Positions 19,974 to 29,747 are shown, numbered from the stretch's first letter. The stretch: DNA of 64,000 bases from Bacteriovoracaceae bacterium (GCA_048270185.1 JBLWTJ010000001.1:1568001-1632000), one strand, 5' to 3'. The notes: generated from the letters alone by a model not told the origin. Program-made: numbers and translations.

Positions 19974-20198
19974 CTAGTGGAAAGTTATCTCTATTACTTC
20001 AATATCTTTCTTTTTTACTTTTTTAATGGTGTAGCGATTGTTTTCAACATTAGAAGATATTTGTTTAGTGGCGTTAGTATCTTGAGTTACTTCAACAGAA
20101 GCAGGAACCCGTCCTTTTAATCTGATACTTTGAGCTTGCTTACCTAGAGAAGGTAGACAGAATAGAGCAAAAATAAAAAAAGGTAGGATATTGTTCAT
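19974..20198 (-). CDS. Short secreted pilin-like peptide
   Basis: Signal peptide followed by 'SIRLKGRVPASVEV', similar to the N-terminal strand of the upstream pilin ('TLLLKGNVAEILSI'). Confidence 0.55.
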   Translation of the reverse strand: MNNILPFFIFALFCLPSLGKQAQSIRLKGRVPASVEVTQDTNATKQISSNVENNRYTIKKVKKKDIEVIEITFH

Positions 20199-20238
20199 AC
20201 CCTACCTTTTCGGTTATCTGACTAATTTACTTTAGTAA

Positions 20239-20709
20239 TTAGTTAACTGCGATACTTAATGTAACAGTATCTGTGTAATCGCCAGCTGCAAGAGTGTTAC
20301 TCCCAGTGATATTAATTTTTAACTCTTTATTGATATCTTGCCCAGTACCTGGGTTATTATCAGTATATGTTCCATTACCTGCCGATAGATCAACCAGTTG
20401 ACCACCATAGTTTAGTGTATAATCAACAGTTTGTGAGGCAAGTCCTGTATTAACTAACTTACCAGCATTGGCCGAAGATAGCGTTACAGTATAACCTGTA
20501 GTTGAGTTTGACTTCTCAACAACATCAGCAACAAGAGTATCTGCTTCACCACCAATAAGATCAAGAGCTTGAGCATTTGCTGATTCTTGAACATCAATCG
20601 ATAGAATCTCAGCTACATTTCCTTTAAGAAGTAGTGTTCCACTCGTAGCTGCAAAAGCAGAAGATGAAAGTAGTAATGAGCTTAGTAGTAGTTCTTTAAA
20701 TAATTTCAT
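20239..20709 (-). CDS. Major pilin subunit, Csu/spore-coat-U type
   Basis: Signal peptide, 'SNSTTGYTVTLSSAN', C-terminal 'AGDYTDTVTLSI'; SD AGGAG. Confidence 0.85.
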   Translation of the reverse strand: MKLFKELLLSSLLLSSSAFAATSGTLLLKGNVAEILSIDVQESANAQALDLIGGEADTLVADVVEKSNSTTGYTVTLSSANAGKLVNTGLASQTVDYTLNYGGQLVDLSAGNGTYTDNNPGTGQDINKELKINITGSNTLAAGDYTDTVTLSIAVN

Positions 20710-20916
20710 TGTGTGTCTCCTATATATAATCTAGACGTTTAAAATCTAAACAGTTAATTTTAAAGCAATCTTCTTGCCAACTAAAATAGCATGAATCAAT
20801 TGCTTAACTAGATAGTAATGTAAGATTGATAGTCACGTGTCAAAGATTAGTCAGTCAATCTACTAATTATTGTAAATTTAATCACTAAATATTGTTAGGT
20901 CGGTTAAAATTAACAT

Positions 20917-21397
20917 ATGAACATAGTACTTCTAATTATTTCAGTACCTTATCTGATATTCTCCACAGCAGATGGGCCAGATCACTTTGAGACGAGACGT
21001 GATACGGCCATATATAACAATGCCAGTTTAGACTCTAAGAAGATAAAAGAAATTAAGCCCCACGCAAAACATATTAAGAACCTCGGTTGCAATAAGGCCC
21101 TATGGTGCCAAGTGCAGTATGGCCCTTTAAAGGATGGATTCCCCAAAGAGTTTAAGAGAAAATGCCGTTGTGACAAGACCAAGCTTTGATTGCAAGAAAG
21201 CAAGTGGTGTTGAGAAAAGTTTGAGAGTTGAATACGGTGATAAAAGTGATGTCTTTATAAAAAATGAAAACTCAAAAACATACAGCGCACATTTTGGTCG
21301 AGAGATTTTAATGGAAAAAGATTCGATTTCGTTGACTTGGAAGCTCAGTCAGCCATCACTTACTTGCATTCTCTCGAAACTTCCTCCAACACGCTAA
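20917..21397 (+). pseudogene. Frameshifted remnant of a secreted SH3-domain / 'SFDC' (lysozyme-inhibitor-associated) protein
   Basis: 'ADGPD...NLGC...WCQVQY' in one frame, the expected 'KGW' in a second, 'SPKSLRE..RPSFDCKKAS' in a third around 21125-21150. Confidence 0.55.
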
Positions 21398-21553
21398 GAA
21401 GAACATCACAGCAGCTGCTTCATCAAGATTACCGACGTATGGTAAATTATCAGGAATAAGTTCAAAAACTCCTGCCGTTGGATTCAACAAGTAGAAGCCA
21501 AAGAATAAAATCCCTAAAAAATAAATGATTTTACTTTCAAAAATTTTTTTCAT
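21356..21553 (-). CDS. DUF1232/YkvA-family small membrane protein
   Basis: 'YLLNP....ELIPDNLPYVGNLDE'. Confidence 0.85.
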   Translation of the reverse strand: MKKIFESKIIYFLGILFFGFYLLNPTAGVFELIPDNLPYVGNLDEAAAVMFFLACWRKFRENASK

Positions 21554-21639
21554 GAAATTGTTCTCCTACAATAAGTGTTGGAATTGACACAAATCTCCAA
21601 AAAGCGTGAGGAAGACTTTGATACAAATGATTATATCAC

Positions 21640-21666
21640 TAACTATCTTTTTTTCACTTCCGATAA
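21640..21666 (+). promoter_or_regulatory. sigma28 (FliA)-like promoter of the MCP gene
   Basis: TAAC-15 nt-TCCGATAA versus consensus TAAA-N15-GCCGATAA, upstream of a chemoreceptor. Confidence 0.55.
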
Positions 21667-21708
21667 CATGACTAACATCAGTTAATTAAGAATCACTTGA
21701 GGAGAAGT

Positions 21709-23295
21709 ATGAAAGCAATAGCGAAACTGAGTTTAAACACCAAGATTCTACTTATGGCACTGGTACCGTTCTTTTTTTACATTTGTATTTTTATGGCATT
21801 TTCTTATAGTTCGACGAAATCAGCTCTACTACAAGAGAAGAGACATCAAATTGCTGATGTGACAAAGACAGCATTTGATTTCTTGAACTCGATGGATAGT
21901 AAAGTTAAGTCGGGGGAATATACTTTAGAAAAAGCTCAGGCAATAAGTAAAGACTACCTTGGAAGTATTCGTTACGGTCGTGATAATAATGACTATTTAT
22001 GGGTAAACGACCTACACCCAAATATGATTGTTCACCCTAGTAAATCTTTAAGAGGAACTGATGTTAAAGCCTTTAAGGATAAAGCAGGAAAACCTCTCTT
22101 TATTGATGTTGTTAAATTAGTAAAGAAAGAAGAGCAAGGTTTTATCAATTACATTTGGAACAGCAAGACAGATAAGGATAAGCACGTAGAAAAATATTCT
22201 TATGTTAAGTTATTTAAACCATGGGGTTGGGTACTTGGAACAGGTATCTATGTTGAAGATGTAAATTCTTATATCTTTGGTGTTTTCATGAAGCAATTAG
22301 GGTTTGGGATGCTAGGCCTAGCTGTTATGGCAGGACTCTTTTCATTTGTACTAAAGACAGGAGTATCGAAACCACTCCTTCATATGGCAGAACTTTTGCA
22401 AAATACATCAAAGGGTGTTGCAACAGGTTCATCTGTTACACTAAATACATCAACACAGCTTTCTAATGCAACAAACGAACAAGCTGCTTCCCTACAAGAA
22501 ACTGTTGCTTCGGTTGATGAAATCTCTTCAATGATTAAGAGAAATACTGAGTTTGCAGAAGAATCAAAAAGGTCAGGACAGGAGTCTGAAAATGAGATTC
22601 AAAACGGTAAACGTACAATTGATGAAATGCTTGCGGCAATTGAGAATATCTCTAGTTCAAATACTGATGCTATGAAGAAGATGGAAAATAGTAACCTACA
22701 GATTCAAGAGATTTTAAATATTATTAAAGAAATAGAAAATAAGACCAAAGTAATTAACGATATCGTTTTCCAAACAAAGCTACTCTCTTTTAACGCGTCT
22801 GTTGAAGCAGCACGTTCAGGAGAAAGTGGAAAAGGTTTTGCCGTTGTTGCTGAAGAGATCGGAAGCTTAGCTGCTATGTCAGGTGGAGCATCAGATGAGA
22901 TCCGTGGTCTAATTGATGAATCGATCAAAACAGTTGAAGCAATTGTTTCTCAAACAACAGGCATGGTTAATGAAGTTATTGAGAGTAGTTCATCAACAGT
23001 TGAAGCAGGTCGACTAAAAGCAAGTGAGTGTAAAGAAGTACTCGATAAGATTGTCTACAATGTACAAAATGTTAATGGCAAAATCACTGAAATTGCCAGC
23101 GCTTGTAATGAACAATCAGTGGGTGTTAATGAAATTACAAAGGCCATTCGCCTAATTGATGAAGTAACAATGCAGAACAATAACGCAGCACAAGAAGCAT
23201 CAATGTCAGCAGAAAACCTTAAAGGCCAAGCAGATGATCTTGATAATGTTGTGAGATCAGTCATTCAACTTGTCGGTGGAAGTAAGGCCGCTTAA
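21709..23295 (+). CDS. Methyl-accepting chemotaxis protein with single Cache sensor domain
   Basis: 'IRYG...DYLWVND..PNMIVHP', 'GFINYIW', 'KYSYVKLFKPWGWVLGTGIYVED'; MCP signalling hairpin; ATG behind GAGGAG. Confidence 0.93.
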   Translation: MKAIAKLSLNTKILLMALVPFFFYICIFMAFSYSSTKSALLQEKRHQIADVTKTAFDFLNSMDSKVKSGEYTLEKAQAISKDYLGSIRYGRDNNDYLWVNDLHPNMIVHPSKSLRGTDVKAFKDKAGKPLFIDVVKLVKKEEQGFINYIWNSKTDKDKHVEKYSYVKLFKPWGWVLGTGIYVEDVNSYIFGVFMKQLGFGMLGLAVMAGLFSFVLKTGVSKPLLHMAELLQNTSKGVATGSSVTLNTSTQLSNATNEQAASLQETVASVDEISSMIKRNTEFAEESKRSGQESENEIQNGKRTIDEMLAAIENISSSNTDAMKKMENSNLQIQEILNIIKEIENKTKVINDIVFQTKLLSFNASVEAARSGESGKGFAVVAEEIGSLAAMSGGASDEIRGLIDESIKTVEAIVSQTTGMVNEVIESSSSTVEAGRLKASECKEVLDKIVYNVQNVNGKITEIASACNEQSVGVNEITKAIRLIDEVTMQNNNAAQEASMSAENLKGQADDLDNVVRSVIQLVGGSKAA

Positions 23296-23303
23296 ATTAT
23301 ATT

Positions 23304-23330
23304 GGCAGGGCCCTTGCCCTGCTATTTCTT
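23304..23330 (+). terminator. Terminator after the MCP gene
   Basis: GGCAGGGC-CCTT-GCCCTGCT then ATTTCTT. Confidence 0.7.
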
Positions 23331-23387
23331 AATTATTTCAATAAGATATCTTAGCTAAGCACATTGTTTGACCTATAAAACTTTTAT

Positions 23388-23415
23388 TTGACTTTAAAGA
23401 CAAAGGTGATAAGAT
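23388..23415 (+). promoter_or_regulatory. sigma70-type promoter
   Basis: TTGACT-16 nt-TAAGAT with extended TG. Confidence 0.5.
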
Positions 23416-23431
23416 GGCTACAGATTTAGAT

Positions 23432-23547
23432 ATTTATATCGGTTAGATGAATGCCATATTCCAAATATTCTTTTCTTTTTTATAGCAAATTCTTTCTTAT
23501 ATTCTTTTTTTTTGAACAATCCCAACTTTCATCTAACCAATATAAAT
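23432..23547. repeat. 20-bp inverted repeat (19/20 match) flanking a T-rich spacer
   Basis: ATTTATATCGGTTAGATGAA (23432-23451) and TTCATCTAACCAATATAAAT (23528-23547). Confidence 0.8.
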
Positions 23548-23590
23548 TTTCAACTTTGCACTCAAGAAGAACTCAACGTAAAATATAGAC

Positions 23591-23941
23591 ATGAACAAAA
23601 ACTTTGAAGTCCTGTACTACTTTATGAATGAAAATGTATCGATTATTGAGGTCAAAAGAACTGACCTACCTGAAGATGCACCTAAGAATCAAAAATATCA
23701 TTGGTTCTTTATTTTCAACGAAGAGCTTCAAATTGAAAAATTAGAATTTGAATCATCATTTGTTGATAATGTTAATGGGAACGATATTAATGTTCGAAAA
23801 TTTAAAGCTGCAGAATTTCGCTTTGATGATGCCTTTGGAAAGTTTCAAAACAAAGAGGGTGGGCATATCATCATGAAAGTCCCAAATGCTGTTCTTCCTG
23901 CACCACTAGAGGAATTAATTAACAAGAGTCTTATGAATTAA
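23591..23941 (+). CDS. Hypothetical protein
   Basis: 116-aa ORF with typical composition, no recognised motif. Confidence 0.65.
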   Translation: MNKNFEVLYYFMNENVSIIEVKRTDLPEDAPKNQKYHWFFIFNEELQIEKLEFESSFVDNVNGNDINVRKFKAAEFRFDDAFGKFQNKEGGHIIMKVPNAVLPAPLEELINKSLMN

Positions 23942-24542
23942 ACTTTTTCCATAGTTCTAAGAGTTTGATAGGTATTGGCTCTTTTAAAGTTGAAATCTTA
24001 TACTTCTGAAAGAGTAATTGGTTGGCCATCTCTTCACTCTCCTCATACATTTCATTTCTTTTTTCTTGAATTATCAAATCACTTTGACAGTCACCACCAT
24101 CTTTTTGATCTGGCTTACAAGGATTGAACGCGATACAACCATAGGGTTTGTGATCAATTCCTAGGCCACAACCAAATGAGGGATAAAAGTAGAAAGGACA
24201 AGTATAGGTTTTTCGGAAGAATTCACTTGGGCCGATTTGAATATATTGATCTAAACGAAACTCCTTAATACAGTCTTCAAGACGTTTCTTGGTTGAATCA
24301 TTTAAAAGCCCCCTTTCTTCTAAAAGGCTCATGGCCTCTAAGGCTTCTATCGAAGTCATCTGCATAGAGTTTGCCTCAAAAGTACAACAACGACCTGTAC
24401 AGCTCATACAATCTAGCCCCTGCTGCTCATTATTCTTCATTGACTCTGATAATATTGAACGCCTCTCTTTAGCATCAGCGACAGAAGCTTCCCTATACAA
24501 ATCTGTTAGCAGGTTTTTAAAGTTCAAAGAATTCCTCTTCAA
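23931..24542 (-). CDS. YkgJ-like cysteine-cluster (putative Zn/Fe-S) protein
   Basis: 'CMSCTGRCC', 'CPF....GC....KPYGC' pattern. Confidence 0.7.
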   Translation of the reverse strand: MKRNSLNFKNLLTDLYREASVADAKERRSILSESMKNNEQQGLDCMSCTGRCCTFEANSMQMTSIEALEAMSLLEERGLLNDSTKKRLEDCIKEFRLDQYIQIGPSEFFRKTYTCPFYFYPSFGCGLGIDHKPYGCIAFNPCKPDQKDGGDCQSDLIIQEKRNEMYEESEEMANQLLFQKYKISTLKEPIPIKLLELWKKFNS

Positions 24543-25305
24543 CAGATAGTTTTCCCTTTGAAGACTTCAACTCTTCAAATACCAGTGGTATATCCGACAG
24601 GGCCAACAAATCTTCTTCGTCGATGGCCTTTGTAACTTTCAACTTCTTTAAAATAGAATTCACTGTTGAACGTGCATACTCAGATAACTTCTTATCTCGA
24701 AAAGACTGAGAGTAGAGTTTAGGGTTTGGTAATAACATTGCTAAGAAAGCCGCTTCATTGGCCAAAAGATCCTTTGGTCTCTTTTTGAAGTAATACCAAC
24801 TTGCATTCTTAATACCGTAAAGTCCTTCACCAAATTCAATAATATTAAGATAAGTTTCAAGAATTTGATTCTTTGTCAGTCTCTTTTCGATATACATCGT
24901 TGTTAGCATTTCAAAGATTTTTCTCTCTAGGCTACGCTCACTCTTAGTATAAAGATTCTTCACGAGTTGTTGTGAAATAGTACTTGCGCCTCTTAACTTT
25001 TCACCTTGAAGATGGTCTTTAATGGCAATGTAGATCTGCCTAAAGTCGACACCTTGATGATTATAGAAAGACCAATCTTCACTAACGATAAAGGCATAAT
25101 AGACATGACGAGGCATATTTGAAATATTGGCCCATGACTTCGGTCTCTTTCTTGTTACAGTATAACTAACCTGCCCATCACTAAATGAAGTTGCGACAAA
25201 TTGTTTCTTTAGCTCTTCAATATTGAAGATAGGAATTCGATAGACGAAGTACGACAGGACAACAATTATTGATAGAATAAATATTTTAAATAAGATCGAC
25301 TTCAT
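24517..25305 (-). CDS. mtgA: Monofunctional peptidoglycan transglycosylase (GT51)
   Basis: 'SEDWSFYNHQGVD', 'RGASTISQQLVKNL', 'RKIFE', 'ILETYLNIIEFG', 'LPNP'. Confidence 0.9.
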   Translation of the reverse strand: MKSILFKIFILSIIVVLSYFVYRIPIFNIEELKKQFVATSFSDGQVSYTVTRKRPKSWANISNMPRHVYYAFIVSEDWSFYNHQGVDFRQIYIAIKDHLQGEKLRGASTISQQLVKNLYTKSERSLERKIFEMLTTMYIEKRLTKNQILETYLNIIEFGEGLYGIKNASWYYFKKRPKDLLANEAAFLAMLLPNPKLYSQSFRDKKLSEYARSTVNSILKKLKVTKAIDEEDLLALSDIPLVFEELKSSKGKLSVEEEFFEL

Positions 25306-25315
25306 TACAAATTTT

Positions 25316-26152
25316 CTAAAGTTTACAGTGGTTTACAACCTCTTGAATGAGCTCTTTAATATCCTTATCGGGTGGATATTGCAACTTTAAACCCTTATAT
25401 ACAATAACGTGTTCAGGGGAAGTTGGGCCAAAGAGAGCAACAATTTCTTTTCCCAATAGATTTGCTATATGGAGTCCGAGACTATCGAGAGTAATCAACG
25501 ACTTACAAGACTGAATCCATTGAATATACTCGCGAAGATCATAGAAGCCCTGTTGCCATGTAAGACTTAGGCCTTCTTTTTCAAGCCCTTGGTAAACAGA
25601 CTCCCAGAAAGACTTTGGCAATTCCTTTGTTGGCCACTTAGGTCCGGCCTTAAAGTTTAGGCCCCAATCATAAATTGGTTCATCTTTGGTAAGTTCAAGA
25701 CATAGGTTAGTAGAACGGTACTTAAGGCCAAAGACCTTCTCCATTTGATCTTCAAAGGCACCTGAGTACTTCGTCGTTAAATCAAAAGGTTCATTTGATA
25801 AAGTTATATTTCTAACAAAGAGTTTCCCATCTATCTTATTAAAACCTATGATTTTATGAAGGGGAATATTCTCTACTAAGAATCCCTTCTCAAAATTTAC
25901 AATATAATCAAATTGATTTAATTCGCGTTCATCCGAATTTGTAATTATATCCATCGGTGTATTAATTAAGCTAAAGAGTTGTATTGCGCTGATATCTGTA
26001 AGCCAAGTAAGTGAAGTGTATTTCAACTCTTCTTTTAAATGATCAAGAAAATAGAAATGCCTTAAAACATCGCCTAAACTGCACTTCGTGCTACTTCCTG
26101 CTTCATCAAGAGTTTCACTATAACCTGTCTTTATTATCAATACCTTACACAT
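25316..26152 (-). CDS. GT9-family (heptosyltransferase-like) glycosyltransferase
   Basis: 'SLGDVLR', 'GPKWPTK', 'ITLDSLGLHIA', 'ALFGPTS'. Confidence 0.8.
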   Translation of the reverse strand: MCKVLIIKTGYSETLDEAGSSTKCSLGDVLRHFYFLDHLKEELKYTSLTWLTDISAIQLFSLINTPMDIITNSDERELNQFDYIVNFEKGFLVENIPLHKIIGFNKIDGKLFVRNITLSNEPFDLTTKYSGAFEDQMEKVFGLKYRSTNLCLELTKDEPIYDWGLNFKAGPKWPTKELPKSFWESVYQGLEKEGLSLTWQQGFYDLREYIQWIQSCKSLITLDSLGLHIANLLGKEIVALFGPTSPEHVIVYKGLKLQYPPDKDIKELIQEVVNHCKL

Positions 26153-26170
26153 GCTTATAGTGTAATCTTT

Positions 26171-26200
26171 TTGACATAACTTTCATATCAATAATATAAT
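26171..26200 (+). promoter_or_regulatory. sigma70 promoter, probably giving a leaderless mRNA
   Basis: TTGACA-18 nt-TATAAT ending 5 nt before ATG 26206; no SD. Confidence 0.6.
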
Positions 26201-26205
26201 TAACC

Positions 26206-27057
26206 ATGTCTAAACCCATTGTTCTACCAGCTCATTACAACTATATAGGAGTCTTTCTAAGCCTCGGTTGTAATCTATCTTGTAGCTACTGTATCAATCA
26301 TCTTGTCGGCCTTAATCAAAGACGTCGCCATATGAGTGGGAAAGAATGGGTTGAGGTCATCAATAAAATTCAAACTCGGGCCAATCTTCCGATCTCTCTT
26401 CAAGGAGGAGAGCCAAGTATTCATAAGGATTTCTATTACATTCTTGAAAATATCAAAGAAGATGCACCTATCGATCTTTTGACAAACTTACAGTTTGATC
26501 CTGAATATTTCGTTAGTCGAATCCCAAAAGAGAGATTTGAAAGAGATCTTCCTTATCCATCCATTAGAGTAAGTTATCATCCAGAACAAATGGACTTGAA
26601 TGAGACAATTGATAAAATCATTTTCTTAAAAGATCGCGGCTACTCCATTGGCCTCTTTAGCGTAGATCATCCTCTTGCAAAGAATGATATTGCACGGGCA
26701 ATGAAGGTCTGTGCTGAAAATAACATCATCTTTAAAACTAAAGAATTTCTAGGTCAGTATGATGGCAAACTATATGGTACTTACAAGTATCCTGGCAGTG
26801 TTTTTAGTAAAGAGCATAAAACAGTACAGTGTAAAACAAGTGAGCTGCTCATTTCACCTGAAGGTTACGTCTATCGCTGTCATCATGATTTATACAATAA
26901 GAAGTCACCTATTGCAGATAGCTTAAACCCAGAATATGAGATAATAGATGAGTATAAGGAATGTACTTACTTTGGCAGTTGTAATCCCTGTGACGTTAAA
27001 TTAAAGAATAATCGTTTCCAAAAACACGGGCATTGCTCCGTCGAGATCGAATTCTAG
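26206..27057 (+). CDS. Radical SAM protein with C-terminal Cys-rich (twitch-like) extension
   Basis: 'CNLSCSYC', 'GGEP', 'C...LLISPEGYVYRC...C....SCNPCD'. Confidence 0.85.
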   Translation: MSKPIVLPAHYNYIGVFLSLGCNLSCSYCINHLVGLNQRRRHMSGKEWVEVINKIQTRANLPISLQGGEPSIHKDFYYILENIKEDAPIDLLTNLQFDPEYFVSRIPKERFERDLPYPSIRVSYHPEQMDLNETIDKIIFLKDRGYSIGLFSVDHPLAKNDIARAMKVCAENNIIFKTKEFLGQYDGKLYGTYKYPGSVFSKEHKTVQCKTSELLISPEGYVYRCHHDLYNKKSPIADSLNPEYEIIDEYKECTYFGSCNPCDVKLKNNRFQKHGHCSVEIEF

Positions 27058-27163
27058 CCCAAAACCGGCAGTTTTTTCCTAAACTAAAACTTTAGTAAGA
27101 ATAACTCCGTCTTAAACTTCATTATTCCGATTTTGTTTGTAACCACACACACAAAAAACGGAG

Positions 27164-28015
27164 TTGATTATGTTGAGACGCTCATTAAAACTAATGACAG
27201 CATCATGCTGCCTACTAATGACAAGTACAATGCCAGTATTTGCACAAGAAGATAAACCACTATTTCCAATTGGTAATATTACAACTTTAAATGCAGAGTA
27301 TGTTTCCCCTCAGGGAACAGGAACTGCAAATGCCATAAGCATCCAAGGTTTTGGAGATTTCTCAAACCCACAACTTGAGGTTGAAAACTATAATGGAATT
27401 CTAATGTTTACAGTCGATAATGATTCGTTTGAACTTGATCTATCGACTCTTCAAATTCAAGATGCAGATAAAATTAAAATTGATAATTTAAATTATACTA
27501 ATAATGATACAAGCCTTGGACTTAATCTTAGTAATATTAGTGCAAGTGGAGAGGGATTCAGCACAAGTTTATCAAACACTAAAGTTGAATGCCAAAAGGC
27601 TGCCAGAGAAGGTAAAGAGTATGAACAACTTTTGCAAAACTGCTTTAACTTTCTTAGTTTAAACGTTGATCGTGCAAGATTTAAGAGTTCAAAGAGAAGC
27701 TTTTACAACTTAACAAATGAATACGAAACCTTAGGTGATGCAGTTCAAATCGATGAACTTAAACTTGATATTCGTAATGGGAAGTTTAACGGTCGTCTAA
27801 AGGGAAATATTTCTAAAGGTGTAACAGTAAAATTTGAAGGGCGTGCTTCTTACGATATGAGTAATCGAATCGTAAATATTAAAATTAGTAAGGCCAAAGC
27901 TGGTTTATTCAATGTTCGTGGAACAATTTTTAAAGAGTTGGAAGAGTTTGAAAGTGACACAATTGAAGTGGATGAGCCAAATATTTATATCATCATTCCA
28001 GAAGATCAAGAATAG
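27164..28015 (+). CDS. Secreted hypothetical protein
   Basis: Signal peptide ending 'VFA'; beta-rich; start may be ATG 27170. Confidence 0.65.
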   Translation: MIMLRRSLKLMTASCCLLMTSTMPVFAQEDKPLFPIGNITTLNAEYVSPQGTGTANAISIQGFGDFSNPQLEVENYNGILMFTVDNDSFELDLSTLQIQDADKIKIDNLNYTNNDTSLGLNLSNISASGEGFSTSLSNTKVECQKAAREGKEYEQLLQNCFNFLSLNVDRARFKSSKRSFYNLTNEYETLGDAVQIDELKLDIRNGKFNGRLKGNISKGVTVKFEGRASYDMSNRIVNIKISKAKAGLFNVRGTIFKELEEFESDTIEVDEPNIYIIIPEDQE

Positions 28016-28017
28016 TC

Positions 28018-28056
28018 TTATTTCGAGAGGATCATTCGTTGATCCTCTCAAATAAC
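28018..28056. terminator. Hairpin between convergent genes, overlapping the LOG stop codon
   Basis: TTATTT-C-GAGAGGATCA-TTCGT-TGATCCTCTC-AAATAA. Confidence 0.55.
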
Positions 28057-28577
28057 TCTTCATTAGAATTTACTACTGTAATTAACTCTAAGTGCTCAGG
28101 CTTTAAGAAACCTTCTTTAACTGAGTGTTTTAAATGATTAATTAAGTGTTCAAAATAACCTGCAATATTAACTAGGTAGATCTTCTTCTTATGATATTGA
28201 AGCTGGGCCCAAGTTGTAATCTCACATAATTCATCAAGAGTTCCCATTCCTCCTGGATATGTTACAAAGACGTCTGATAGCTCATACATCTTTTCTTTAC
28301 GAGTATGCATCGTATCCACTTCATAGAATTCAGTTAAGCCTTGGTGCCCTACTTCCCATTCAATTAGAGACTTTGGCATAACACCTATAACATGGCATTC
28401 ATTTTCAAGAACAGTATCAGCAATCTTTCCCATCACTCCAATCGAAGCTCCACCATAGACAAGAGCATGCTTACCATTAGCAATTCTTTCACCTAGATCT
28501 TTAGATTCTTCTAAATACTTCGTTCCATTTCCACTTGCAGATCCACAAAATACACAAATTCTCATATTACTCTCCAA
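28032..28577 (-). CDS. LOG-family nucleotide phosphoribohydrolase (TIGR00730-like)
   Basis: 'ICVFCGS', 'LVYGGASIGVMG', 'MHTRK', 'PGGMGTLDE'. Confidence 0.92.
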   Translation of the reverse strand: MESNMRICVFCGSASGNGTKYLEESKDLGERIANGKHALVYGGASIGVMGKIADTVLENECHVIGVMPKSLIEWEVGHQGLTEFYEVDTMHTRKEKMYELSDVFVTYPGGMGTLDELCEITTWAQLQYHKKKIYLVNIAGYFEHLINHLKHSVKEGFLKPEHLELITVVNSNEELFERINE

Positions 28578-29352
28578 TTACTTTTAATAATTCATCAAGG
28601 CCCATCGAAGCTTTATCGCTATCTTTCTTTAGGTACATAAAGTACTCTTGGTTGCCACTTTTACGCCCTTTAATCACACAAGGTTCAAACCCTAATATTT
28701 TAAAGCCAATTCCTTCACATTGAACCTTTGCTGAAGTAAGTGCAGTTGCTACATACTCTGGTCCTTTTACAATTCCCTTCTTTCCAATCCCTGAACGACC
28801 TACCTCAAATTGAGGCTTAAAGAGTACAATAAGGTCTGCGCCTTCTTTGCAAATGGAATAAAGATTTTGCCAAATGAGATTGAGAGAAATAAACGATAGA
28901 TCAACAACGACTAATTCAACAGGCTCATCAAGTGAGTCGACTTCTCTAATATTTGTTCCTTCTAGATTTATAACTCTTTGATCTTCTCTGAGGCTCTTAG
29001 CAAGTTGTCCATGACCGACATCAATAGCAAAAACTTTATTGGCACCCAGCCCTAAACAGAATTGAGTAAAACCACCTGTGCTTGCTCCTACGTCAGCTAC
29101 CACTTTGTTTTTTACATCAATGGCAAAGCTATCAAAGGCTCCTGCAATTTTGTGGAAACCTCTTCCTACTTCATCCGAGTCTTCAGTTAAAGTAACTTCA
29201 TCATTTAAAACTTTATAAGAAGTCTTGGTAATGACTTTTGAGTTAACAAGAACCTTACCGTCTTGAATTAGTTGTTGAGCGCGACTACGAGTTTCAACGA
29301 GACCTAGCTCAACCAAACGCTTATCTAATCTTTCAAAATTTTCTTCTGACAT
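28567..29352 (-). CDS. tlyA: TlyA-family rRNA 2'-O-methyltransferase
   Basis: S4 domain 'RLDKRLV..GL..TRSRA', 'DVGASTGGFT', 'DVGHGQL', 'DLSFISL', 'KPQFEVG', 'GNQEY'. Confidence 0.93.
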   Translation of the reverse strand: MSEENFERLDKRLVELGLVETRSRAQQLIQDGKVLVNSKVITKTSYKVLNDEVTLTEDSDEVGRGFHKIAGAFDSFAIDVKNKVVADVGASTGGFTQFCLGLGANKVFAIDVGHGQLAKSLREDQRVINLEGTNIREVDSLDEPVELVVVDLSFISLNLIWQNLYSICKEGADLIVLFKPQFEVGRSGIGKKGIVKGPEYVATALTSAKVQCEGIGFKILGFEPCVIKGRKSGNQEYFMYLKKDSDKASMGLDELLKVIGE

Positions 29353-29747
29353 TAGTGAACAACTGGTTTTATTTTGATTTTAGTTTTCTGTCCAAGTTCA
29401 GGTTCATTGAAGACAATATCTCCTTCAGTACCAAGTTTAAGTTTCATTCTAAAATCTTTAGAAAGAGTTTTTGAGAGGACTCTTCCCTCAATCTCAACTT
29501 CAGAACTTGGGCCAAAGACAGATTCATCATCAATGAAATAACCACTAAGAAGTAAATCAATTTTACTTTTCATGACAAAGCGACTCATCTTATCTGGTTG
29601 AATATTTTCAATGAAATGAAGCTCACTCATGAGAATCGTCTGCCCTTCAAAGTCTTTTTCGTGCGTCATCACAACTTCAACGAAGATCGTCGCGTAAGTC
29701 GAGAGACTTATTAGACTAAAGAGGAATATGAATAAGAATCTTTTCAT
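29352..29747 (-). CDS. Secreted hypothetical protein
   Basis: ATG 29747 gives a clean signal peptide 'MKRFLFIFLFSLISLSTYA'. Confidence 0.6.
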   Translation of the reverse strand: MKRFLFIFLFSLISLSTYATIFVEVVMTHEKDFEGQTILMSELHFIENIQPDKMSRFVMKSKIDLLLSGYFIDDESVFGPSSEVEIEGRVLSKTLSKDFRMKLKLGTEGDIVFNEPELGQKTKIKIKPVVH

